A stretch of 64,000 nucleotides of DNA from Chiloscyllium plagiosum (Eukaryota), in the NCBI RefSeq assembly GCF_004010195.1, contig NC_057759.1, positions 5,052,657 to 5,116,656 of the forward strand. Direction: 5' to 3'. Both the position numbers and the translations under genes were made by a program. Shown one piece after another: positions 39,370 through 49,949 of this stretch. Under the pieces are notes generated by a model. That model was given only the letters and a program-made list of their open reading frames with translations, did not search any database and was not told the origin of the DNA. Position 1 is the stretch's first letter; the number at the start of each line of letters is the position of its first letter.

Positions 39370-40760
39370 TGCTAGTAGTAGCTCATGCGCTCCTTTCCGT
39401 AACCCACAGGCAATACAACTTGATAAACTTCTGCCCATTTCTCATCAGCCTGAATATGTGATGGTCTCCAGTTCTTCATTAAGACATCCGGGTGCTCCGG
39501 TTTCCTCCCACAGCACTTGTTGGGCTGAAGGGCCTGTTTCCACACTGTAATGTAATCTAATCTAATCTACATCATTTTTAAAGATAATAACATGCAGGGA
39601 TATATTCAGATTTATTTTCTTTGTATGCCTTTTGATATAATTGCTTTAAACTTTCATCTTTCTGCTGTAACTCAGTTAATTTATCTGAGCCAGAGATGTC
39701 TGCTTTGTCATCTATCTGTTCCCGATTTGTCTCAACCATCAGGTCCAACACGGTCTCTGCTAAGTTCACTTCAACTTTCTTATCTGTACTCTTTGATCTC
39801 TCCTATTTCAACCGGTGACTTTGTCACCACACAGTCAGGAAACATCCCAGGATATATGTCCAGCAATAATTCAGTTGCCTGAGTTTTCACTGGCTTTTCA
39901 ACAACAGTAGGCAGCACTCCTACCGTTCTGGCTTTTCAACAACAGTAGGCAGCACTCCTACCGTTGAATCAACAATATCATTAGCAAGGACAAATTGTAT
40001 TCCCGGAGCTGAGAGTTTGTCCAATACTCCTACCAAAACTTCTCCACTCTTCACTGGACACTCTAACCTCACTTCTCACAATTAAGCATTTCTTGTGTCA
40101 ACAAGAATTCCCGTTACTAGTACCTTTTCTGGCATTAGTCCTTTAGAGGAGCATATATCAATCTGTGATGCTGAAAGATGAGGAGAGGATCTTTGTATCT
40201 CTTAATATTGCAACCACTTTACCTGCTCCTCCTGGCCTATGTGAGTAAACTTTACCTTCAGAGGTGGATGGTTTAAGAAGATCTGGTACCTCCGACCAGC
40301 TTGTACATTCTGGTGCAGCTTTCGAGCCTCCTCTGTGCTTTCTATTACCACTCCAACAAAATTCACTGCCTTATCCTGTTTCCTACATCCGGCTTCCCAA
40401 TGCTTTTCCTGACCCACCAACACTGATTTAATGTGGCCTACTTTATTGTAGGGAAAACACCAGAGCTTTTTAACTTCTTTCCCCTTCAAGGGTTTCCTTT
40501 TTATCCTGTGGTAAGTCATCCTTACGATCTTCACCGAGATCTATCATTTCCTTTCCATGTGAGGATTTCTCTTATCCTCAATTTCTATCCCTCATGGATT
40601 GAAATTGGTTTTGGAAGCCAAACTTTGATTTATTGACCAACTCATAACCATCAGCCATTTCAGCTGTCAATCTTGTTATTTTAATTCTCTGCTCTTCCAC
40701 ATGAGTTTTCACTACTTCAGGAAGTGAATCTTTGAACTCCTGTCTGAGTGCCAATTTCCA
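39370..40760 (-). mobile_element. Gmr1-like Gypsy remnant, paralog of 1170-1993 and 5119-5450
   Basis: Gag knuckle, protease-like region, then the integrase N-terminus; contains an HE1 fragment at 39488-39568 and a 38-bp tandem duplication at 39890-39965. Confidence 0.75.
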
Positions 40761-40979
40761 AAGCTTTTATTCAATGGAACAGTTTATGATTGTAAGTTAT
40801 ATTCTGCATCTGTATTTTGAATTTATTGTTCACATGTTTATAACCAAACCACTTTGAGAGCTTTCTCATTCTGTGTCCAATAACCTGAGTATCTGTCTGA
40901 ATGCGTATCTTTTCATGTCGATATTTGATTTCCCTTTGGACGGGCATGTAAACCACAAGAATGTCCCACGGTAGCGTCT

Positions 40980-41187
40980 CCCTCAGCAGGCCCACACACA
41001 GCCCGAGAAAGGCCTCTCTCTTCCCCCCAGCCCGCTCACTCCAAGTTCCGGGACCAGTTCCTGCTCCGCTTGGCCTCTTATAAACAGCCCCCGGTTCTCC
41101 CTGAACTCACCCCGAATCAATCCCGGTCTCCGAGCCCCCTCTGTGTCCCAGGCTCACATCCCGATGTGCTGCTGGAAGGAGCCTGCT
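40980..41187 (-). promoter_or_regulatory. GC-rich cassette, copy D, internal fragment
   Basis: Nearly identical to the reverse complement of about 20408-20613. Confidence 0.5.
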
Positions 41188-41773
41188 TTTGCCATGTCAA
41201 TGTGATTTTAGTTATCAATCTGCCCCATCAGGTTCTAGTTGAATGTAAAAATGTAGTTATCAATATATACCTGTGAGATTCTCCTCTGGGAATGTGGGTG
41301 TTATCAAAATGTACCTGTCAGTTTCTGCATTGTGAATGTTTGAGTGCAGATTTCAGTCTGTACCTGACAGTTTCTGCAATGTGAATGTGTGCAATCATCA
41401 GTCTATCCCTGACAGCTTCAACTATATGAATGGATGAGTGCATCTGTACCTGAAAGTATCTCTACCTGTCAGTTTGTGCTCTGTGAATAAGTGAGTTACC
41501 TCTGTTAAACATGACACTTGCAGAAACTGCAGGAGCTCTATTTACTTCAAATCTCTGTTGCTCAACATGAATAAGATTTTATCTATTGCCATCCATATCA
41601 GGATGGCATGGTGGCACAGTGGTGCCAGAGACATAGATTCAATTCCAGTCTTGGTTCATTATCTGTGTGCAGTTTGCACATTCTGCCAGTGTCTGCATGA
41701 GTTTCCTTTGAGCGCTCTAGTTTCTTTGCATGGTCCAAACATGTGCAGGTTTGCTGGATTAGCCATGGTAAAT

Positions 41774-42273
41774 NNNNNNNNNNNNNNNNNNNNNNNNNNN
41801 NNNNNNNNNNNNNNNNNNNNNNNNNNNNNNNNNNNNNNNNNNNNNNNNNNNNNNNNNNNNNNNNNNNNNNNNNNNNNNNNNNNNNNNNNNNNNNNNNNNN
41901 NNNNNNNNNNNNNNNNNNNNNNNNNNNNNNNNNNNNNNNNNNNNNNNNNNNNNNNNNNNNNNNNNNNNNNNNNNNNNNNNNNNNNNNNNNNNNNNNNNNN
42001 NNNNNNNNNNNNNNNNNNNNNNNNNNNNNNNNNNNNNNNNNNNNNNNNNNNNNNNNNNNNNNNNNNNNNNNNNNNNNNNNNNNNNNNNNNNNNNNNNNNN
42101 NNNNNNNNNNNNNNNNNNNNNNNNNNNNNNNNNNNNNNNNNNNNNNNNNNNNNNNNNNNNNNNNNNNNNNNNNNNNNNNNNNNNNNNNNNNNNNNNNNNN
42201 NNNNNNNNNNNNNNNNNNNNNNNNNNNNNNNNNNNNNNNNNNNNNNNNNNNNNNNNNNNNNNNNNNNNNNNNN
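41774..42273. other. Assembly gap
   Basis: Run of 500 N. Confidence 1.
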
Positions 42274-42757
42274 CTGCATTGCACCTTGTAGACAACACTT
42301 GAGAAGCCAAACACCATCCAGAGGCAACACAGCCCATGCTTGATTGGCACCACATCCATAAACATCCACTCTCACCACCACTGGTGCTCAGTAGCAGCAG
42401 TGTGTACCATCTATGAGATGCACTGCAGAAATTCAAAAGTCCTCAGGCAACACCTTCCAAACCCACAACCACTTCCATCTCGAAGGGCAAAGACATGAGA
42501 ATACCACCTTCTGCAATTTTCCCCCTGAGCCACACCATCTCAACTTGGAAATATATCAACTGTTCATTTAATGTTGCTGGGTCAACATCCTGGAATTCCC
42601 TCTCTAATGGTATCGTGGGTCTACCTACTGCACAAGGACTGCAGTGGTTCAAGAAGACAGCTAACTACCTCCTTCTCAAGGGGCCAACGAGGGATGGATA
42701 ATAAATTCTCGGCCCAGCCAGTGATTTCCACAATCCACAAGTGAATTTAAAAACAAA
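42274..42757 (+). mobile_element. 3' end of an unclassified LINE-like repeat
   Basis: A second copy lies at 48395-48892 plus 49417-49480; both have an A-rich end. Confidence 0.65.
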
Positions 42758-43013
42758 TAGTAAAACACTGTGGGAACGTGCTTTGTGAGGATGTGGGCAG
42801 GCTGAACAAGTGGCAGATGAAATTACTTGGGGAGACATACAAAGTAATGTGTTGTGTTCAGAGGAGTGGTCAGCTCAGATATAAACTAAAGGTTAAAATT
42901 GGAATAATTGTTACTTGCGCATCAGTCAAATCAGTCAGATTCATTTGCAAGCAGGTGAAGCTGAATATCTACAGTAAAACTTTCCCATGTTCTTTCTCCC
43001 TCATTTTCTCCAG

Positions 43014-43044
43014 CTAATTCTTCCAACAGTTCTCGGCGGCACAG
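43014..43044 (+). other. Candidate 31-nt exon
   Basis: Strong acceptor TTCTTTCTCCCTCATTTTCTCCAG and consensus donor CAG|GTAAGT in apparently non-repetitive DNA. Confidence 0.45.
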
Positions 43045-43548
43045 GTAAGTTAGTGAGATGGTTAGCAACTTCGAACAGCATTCAAACACTGTCCAAATGG
43101 GCTGAAAATCACTCTGGGGTGCAAACCCAGCAATTGTACATTTGTTAGACAAATGGGAGCAAATGGATCATTGTGTCTGACTCGTTTGCAAATCTAAAGC
43201 ACAACAGTTCAAATCGAGGATGTACTATCAATTTCCGTTAGACACTGAACTGAGCTTTGGTCAGTCCCATCAGTGGTGAGGCTATCCATTGTAGTTGGAA
43301 GAATTGAAAAAGGCAAGTTGTCATCTGAATGCGAGAGAAAGTTTAAATTATGTCAATGCAAAGGGATCAGGGTGTCCTTGTGCATGAATCTCAAAGTAGT
43401 GTACAGCTACAGTGGGTCATAAGGAAGGCATTTATTGCTAAAGGAATGGAGTATGAAAGTAGGGAAGTGTTACTACAACTGTATTGGGGTTTCCATATCC
43501 AGACTACTGCAGACAGGTTTGGTCCCCTTATTTGAGGAGGGATGTAGT

Positions 43549-43865
43549 TTAGATTAGATTACTTACAGTGTGGAAACAGGCCCTTCGGCCCAACAAGTCC
43601 ACACCGCCCTGCCGAAGCGCAACCCACCCATACCCCTACCCCTACATTTACCCTTACCTAACACTACAGGCAATTTAGCATGGCCAATTAACCTGACCTG
43701 CACATCTTTGGACTGTGGGAGGAAACCGGAGCACCCGGAGGAAACCCACGCAGACACGGGGAGAATGTGCAAACTCCACACAGTCAGTCGCCTGAGGCGG
43801 GTATTGAACCCGGGTCTCTGGCGCTGTGAAGCAGCAGTGCTAACCACTGTGCCACCGTGCCACGC
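43549..43865 (-). mobile_element. HE1-type SINE nested in an old CR1 fragment (43230-44440)
   Basis: Near-complete reverse-complement HE1. Confidence 0.92.
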
Positions 43866-44831
43866 TTGGGTTCAGAGGAGATTCACTGAATTGATTGCCA
43901 AGATGAAAAGTTAATCTTGTACAATTTTGATCTCTTGAGGACAGATGCAGTTACACTGGAGGCAGTTCTGAAGAGATTCACTCAATTGTTTTCAGAGATG
44001 AAGGGTATCTTAGATGAAAGATTGAGCAATTTCTCTGGAGTTTGGAAGAGAGGCGAACTAACTGAGGATTATAATATGTTAAAGTGGGGATTGACAAAGG
44101 ACAAATGTTTGCTTATTTGGGAGAACCCAGAAAGAGACGGTATTGTTTCAGGATAAGGGGCTGGACAGAATGAAAACAGAGATAAGGAGGGATGAATTCT
44201 CTCAAATGAGGATGGGGTTTTACATCTGAGGGAACACCCCTCACCCCACCACCAACGTCATCACCCAGGACACTGCATAAATTGAAGGAGGAGACAGACA
44301 GATTGTTAGTCAGTGATGGGTTAAAGAGAATGTGGGCTGGTAGGTGGATTTGATGCTGAAATGGGATCAACTACGACCGTATGGAATAGGGGAGCAGTTT
44401 CCTGAGGGGCCAAATGGACTCAACTTGTCCTAGCCTGTATGTTTTTGTGGAGTTATTTTGTTAGTTAATAGCAAGGAAATGAAACCGAACTACGAGGAGG
44501 GAGAAAATGAAGTTTGACTTAACAAAATAGGTTCTAATTTGTGAACATTGGAAAATAAAGACAAAAATGATTTAATACAAATTTGGTGAAGGACGTTGGA
44601 TGAAAGAAATGAAAAGACAATACAAAGTAGCGGGGTAAAATTCTAAAGGAGGTGCAGGAACAGAAGGAGCTGGGAGTATATGTGCACAGATCAGTGAAGG
44701 TGGCATATCAGGGGAAGAGGGGTTAATAAAACACACAGCATCCTCAGCTTTATTAACCAGGGCATAGAGTCAGAGAAAAGGGAGGTAATACTGAACTTGT
44801 ACAAGACACTTGTTAGACCTCAGCTGGAGTG

Positions 44832-45005
44832 TCAGAGAGAAAGGGAGAGAGAATGACAACTGATAGGTGTTGGTTTAACTCGAGGGTTACCATGCCTCAG
44901 ATAAAGGGCGCAGTGGAGAAGGAGACTCATTTATGGTAACCTCAGTCATGAGAGATTCAAACCCACGTTGTCGATGTTACTCTAAATTCCAAACTAGCCA
45001 TCCAG
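44832..45005 (-). mobile_element. Possible second tRNA-derived SINE family
   Basis: Minus strand GCTGGATGGCTAGT...GGGTTTGAATC (B-box-like) with a (TC)-rich end. Confidence 0.4.
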
Positions 45006-45658
45006 CATCTGCAGTCATTGTTTTTACCTACCCTTTTTATCAAGCCAATCCAACACCCAACACAAAGCAAAGAGCAGGAAACAAGCTAATTCTGGTGACA
45101 GCACAAGTATTGAATGGAGTATATTATATCATATTGGAGATAAGCCTTTGATGTATTTCTTTGTATGTGTGCAACACCTTACCTTCACAGGCAACAGAAG
45201 CTGGATTTAGAAATACATTTGACAAAGGGAGTTGGCCTTCTATTACCCAGGCTGGTTTTGTTCTGTTCTGGACACCTTACTTAAGGAAGGATGTTTAAAC
45301 CCTGGAGACAGTGTGAAGGAGATTTACAAGAATGATACCAGTGGTGAGGGATTTTAGATAAAGGGAAAGGTTCAAGAGATTGAGCTTATTTTCTTTTGTG
45401 CAGAGAAGATGAAGTGGTGACTTTATTGAGGTGTTGAAAGTTATGAACAATTCTGACAGGAGAAACAAAGTTATTGTTTCCCACTCGTTGGTCTGTTAGT
45501 AACTGGCTGGTCAGAATTTCAAGATTGTCAGTGAGAGTGTGAGATGAGGAGAAACTTATTTGGGTTGTTGGGTTTGGAATGTGCTGCTTGCGAGAGTGGT
45601 GGAAGCGGATTCCATAGGAGGTTTGAAAAGAGAGCTGGATATAAATTTGAAAGGGATG

Positions 45659-45932
45659 ATTAGATTAGATTACTTACAGTGTGGATACAGGCCCTTCGGC
45701 CCAACAAGTCCACACGGACCCTCCGAAGAGCAACCCGTCCAGACCCATTCCCCTACACCTAACACTACGGGTAATTTAGCATGGCCAATTCACCTAACCT
45801 GCAAATTTTTGGACTGTGGGAGGAAACCATAGCACCCAGAGAAAACCCACGCAGACACGAGGAGAATGTGCAAACTCCACACAGACAGTTGCCTGAGGTG
45901 GAACTGGCGCTGCTAACCACTGTGCCACCGGC
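45659..45932 (-). mobile_element. HE1-type SINE nested in an old CR1 3' end (45260-46030)
   Basis: Reverse-complement HE1 with an internal deletion. Confidence 0.88.
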
Positions 45933-46197
45933 CATGTTAGAGGGCTACGGAGATAGGGCTGGAGAGTGGGACTAGCTGGGTAGCTCATCAGGAGCTGGAT
46001 AAGACAGCAAAATTTTATGATTCTATGAACATAGAAGTTCTGAGCCACATTCTGGACAATTCCAGGAGGTCATTCGTTGGGACCTTGGCTCAGTGACCTT
46101 GTTGCCAGAGGTTTTTGTACACACACAGCAGCAAATTGTTATTGAGAGTGGGGTTGGAACTTGGTTGGGTAATGATGTGGAAATATTCATTTCAAAG

Positions 46198-46286
46198 GAG
46201 GCGGTGGGAAATCGAGCTGAGGGCACAAGTGAGGACAGACCTGAAAGAAATTTCCAATACAGAGATCGGGTCAAGCCGATTGAATG
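46198..46286 (+). other. Candidate 89-nt exon
   Basis: Acceptor TATTCATTTCAAAG, donor ATG|GTGAGT, open frame RRWEIELRAQVRTDLKEISNTEIGSSRLN. Confidence 0.35.
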
Positions 46287-46399
46287 GTGAGTATGAATCT
46301 GTGAGCTGCTGATCCTACACCATCACGTGTTGGTCAGTGTTCATGCTGGTATACATCTGATTGGGAAGATCAACAAAAAAAAATCTCTTCCTGGAAGTG

Positions 46400-47935
46400 T
46401 TGGCTTGTTTCTTTTCCAACAGAGAAGGTTGATGGGGGAGGGGGACATGATAAAGGTGTGTAAGATCGTTACTGTTGTAGAGCAGAGAGCCCAAGGGATT
46501 CAGGTCCATAATTCTTTGAGGTTTGTGTCGCAGGTAAACAGGGTGTTTGAGGTGTTTCGAACATATGCGTTCATTGCTCAGATCATCGAATGTTGGAGTT
46601 CGGACACCCTGTTGTTGGGACTGGAGCATTTGAGTTATAAGGAGAGGCTGGATGGGCTGGGATTATTTTCACTGGAGCATAGAAGTTGGAGGGATATAGA
46701 GGTTTATGAAATCATGATGGGCATAGATGAGGTGAATGGCAGGTGTCTTTTCCCTCGGGTAGGGGACATCAAGACCAGGTGACATATTTTCCAGGTGAGT
46801 GGAGAAACATTTTTAAAAATGACATGAGGGGCAACATTTTTTTGACGGAGAGTGGTTCACGTGTGGATTGAACTGAGAGAGGAAGTGGCAGATACAGGGA
46901 CAGTTACAATGTTTAAATGACATTTAAGTAATGAAAAGAATAGGGACAGTTTGGAGATATATGGGCCAAGTGCAAACAAATGGGACTAGTTTAGTTTGAG
47001 ATTATGGACGGCATGGACTAATTGGATCCAAGGGTCTGTTTCCTTGCTTAGTGACTCTGTTATGAGGGACATGGACAGAGGGACAGGAAGCAGCTGTTTC
47101 CCTTAGTCGAAGGGTCAGTAACATAGTGAAGGGCATCATTTTTAAAGTGAAGGGCAAGAGGTTTAGAGAGGGATTTGACGATTGTTTCACCCAGAGGATG
47201 GTGGGGATCTGGAATGGGTGAAAATAAAGTATTTGGACTTTCAGTTTCTATTTGAAATCACTAATTGCTCTGGTGTGTGGAAATGCCATTTTGTAACTGC
47301 ATGCGGTTCCATGATGTATTAATGTGGAATAGTCGTATCCAGGAGCAAGAGGAGGCCATTCAGCCCCTTGAGCGTGCTCCACCGTTCAATGGCTGATCTG
47401 TGACCTGACTCCACAGACCTGACTTTGGCCCCTATCCCCTTAATAACTTTGCTGAACAAAAAATGTATCTCTCAGATTTAAAATCTGCAACTGACCCAGC
47501 AGTGCTTGCTGTTTGTGGAAGAGAATTCCAAACTTTTCCCAGCATTTGTGCACAGTAGTACTTCCTAACATCTCTCCTGAACAGCCCGGCCCTAATTCTC
47601 CGGCTATGCTCTCCCTAGTTCTAGGATCCCTAACCAGTGGAAACACTTTCAATTTATACACCCTGTTAATATCTTCTATCAGATCATCCCTAAATTCTGG
47701 CAAGAAAAAGCTTAATTTGGGTAATCTCTCCTCGTAACTTAACCCCTGAAGACCAGGTATCATTCTTGTAAACTCACGCTGTACTCCCTCCCAGGCCAAA
47801 CTATCCTTCCTCAGGTGTGGTGCCCAGATCTGCTCCAAGTGGGGTCTAACCAGGGTTTTGTATAACTACAGCATCCCTTCTGCATCCTTGTACACCTGAT
47901 CTTTCAATATAAAGGCCAGCATTCCATTAGCTTTC
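46400..47935. mobile_element. CR1 LINE fragments, 46400-47220 (+) and 47330-47935 (-)
   Basis: LSYKERLDGLGLFSLE and WAPHLRKD...FTRMIPGLQGLSYEERL. Confidence 0.82.
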
Positions 47936-48892
47936 TTCAGGCAATGAATGACACAAATAAAAGGAAACACAGAAATTGTTGGAGAAACTCAGCAGGGACA
48001 GATATTATTTGCCACCTGGGGACTGACTGTTTACTGTAAAACACCTTTCTATCTTTTCTTTTGATCCTTTATTTTTGCTGGGGCCGTGTACTGTTCAGTA
48101 AAGAACATGGGCACACGATGGCAACTATTCATTTTGTTTATAAACCTTGAGATTCTCGAACAAGGGGGTGTACTCTGAGAATTATTATTAAAGGGTGGAA
48201 AATCAAAGGCTTTCTGTATATCTGAGAGAGGCTGTGTGTGATGGGTATGACTCAACTTGGAATTTGTAGGGTAGACCCTGGGTTCATTCTGAGGAAGACA
48301 GAACAATATTGATGCGTCGTGATTTCATTCTTTTATTCCTTAGAGGGATATATACATATATAATATATATATATAGATTGAGCCATTCCAACTACTTCAG
48401 TCTCAAGTCAGAAGTGAGATGGAATGCTCCCACTTTGCCTGAATAGTTGCAGCTCCAACAACACTCGAGAAGCTTGACATCATCGCAGGACAAAGCAGCT
48501 CCACTTGATTGGAACCACATCCACAAGCATCTACTCCCTCGACTACCCATGCTCAGTAGCAGCAGTGTGTACCATCTACAAGATGTACTGCGCAAATACA
48601 CCAGAGATCCTCAGGCAGCACCTTCAAAACCCACAACCACTTCCACCTAGAAGGACAAGTGCAGCAGATACGTGGGAACACCCATCCTTTACAAGTTCCC
48701 CTTCCGGCCACTCAGTGTCCTGACATGGAAATATAACACTGTTCCTTCAGTGTCATTGGGTCAAAATCCTGGTATTCCCTCCTTCCGGACAATTTGTGTC
48801 TATCTACAGCATGTGGACTGCAGCAGTTCAAGAAAACAGCTCATCCCTACCTTCTCAAGGGGGCAACTTGGGATGAATTGGGCAATAAATGC

Positions 48893-49416
48893 AGGGAGAA
48901 AGTGAGGACTGCAGATGCTGGAGATCAGAGCTGAAAAATGTGTTGCTGGAAAAGCGCAGCAGGTCAGGCAGCATCCAAGGAGCAGGAGAATCGACAGTTC
49001 AGGCATAAGCCCTTCTTCAGGAATCGCTAGTGAGAAAGGCCAATTTTGATGGTATTAGGCAAGAACTTACAAAAGCTGATTGGGCGCAGATGTTCGCAGG
49101 TAATGGGACGGCTGGAAAATAGGAAGCCTTCAGAAATAGGATAATGAGAATCCAGAGAAAGTATACTCCTGTTAGGGTGAAAGGAAAGGCTGGTAGGTAT
49201 AGGGAATGCTGGATGATTAAAAGAAATTGAGGGTTTGGTTAAGAAAAAGAAGGAAGCATATGTAAGGTATAGACAGGATAGATCGAGTGAATCCTTAGAA
49301 GAGTATAAAGGAAGTAGGAATATACATTCCTGAAGAAGGGTTTATGCCCGAAACGTCGATTCTCCTGCTCCTTGGATGCTGCCTGACCTGCTGCGCTTTT
49401 CCAGCAACACATTTTT
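48893..49416. mobile_element. Fold-back Penelope-like element, family B, enclosing a 300-bp LINE piece
   Basis: Arms at 48893-49024 and 49326-49416; TSD CAATAAAT(G/T)C. Confidence 0.82.
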
Positions 49417-49773
49417 CAATAAATTCTGGGCCCAGCAGGTGATGCCCATGTATCATAAGTGAATAATAGTAACAAAAAAAATTGTAAATTACCCTGGGGC
49501 CTCTATGTGAGCTTGTTCTGGGAGGGTGGGCACAAATGTTGTAGTGAATGTTGATGCAAAATACACATTCGATGTTATTGAGTCACCTGGTTTGCGAACT
49601 GCTTTGAAATGGTCGATATATATAGCTAAGAGCTTAGGTTTATATTCATGCTGGGTTGGGGCTGTGATCTTATTTGTTGCTCCATATTTAAGTTTGAGGC
49701 ATTGTTTGCTGTTGGTTTAACCTTCTGATCACTAACCTTTCGGTTCCCTTTGCTTATTGTTTCTTGACTATAG

Positions 49774-49839
49774 ATGACTCCAAAATGGATAGCAGTTTGG
49801 TGTACTCAGTTTTCACCATCTCAAAAATAAGAAACGCTG
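49774..49839 (+). other. Candidate 66-nt phase 1-1 exon with an ITIM-like motif
   Basis: Acceptor TTATTGTTTCTTGACTATAG, donor CTG|GTAAAG; encodes DDSKMDSSLVYSVFTISKIRNA. Confidence 0.4.
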
Positions 49840-49949
49840 GTAAAGGATACAGTATGTATACTTTCATAACATTTCTGCTTCAGTGAAAGTGGAGATTTTC
49901 TCTAGTTTACCTTAACCCTCTAAAACCCAGCCACTTTTAAACATCGCTA

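Larger units (their letters stand above)
31818..40760 (-). repeat. Inverted segmental paralog of about 1170-17090 lacking the histone genes
   Basis: Collinear reverse-complement matches: 17090-13187 to 31818-36762, 8537-7290 to 36763-38880, and 5730-5120 plus 1990-1170 to 39080-40760. Confidence 0.85.

Noticed and set aside
49884-49915. Terminal exon VKVEIFSSLP* after the ITIM-like exon
   Set aside because: It would need a 44-nt intron, which is too short for vertebrate splicing.
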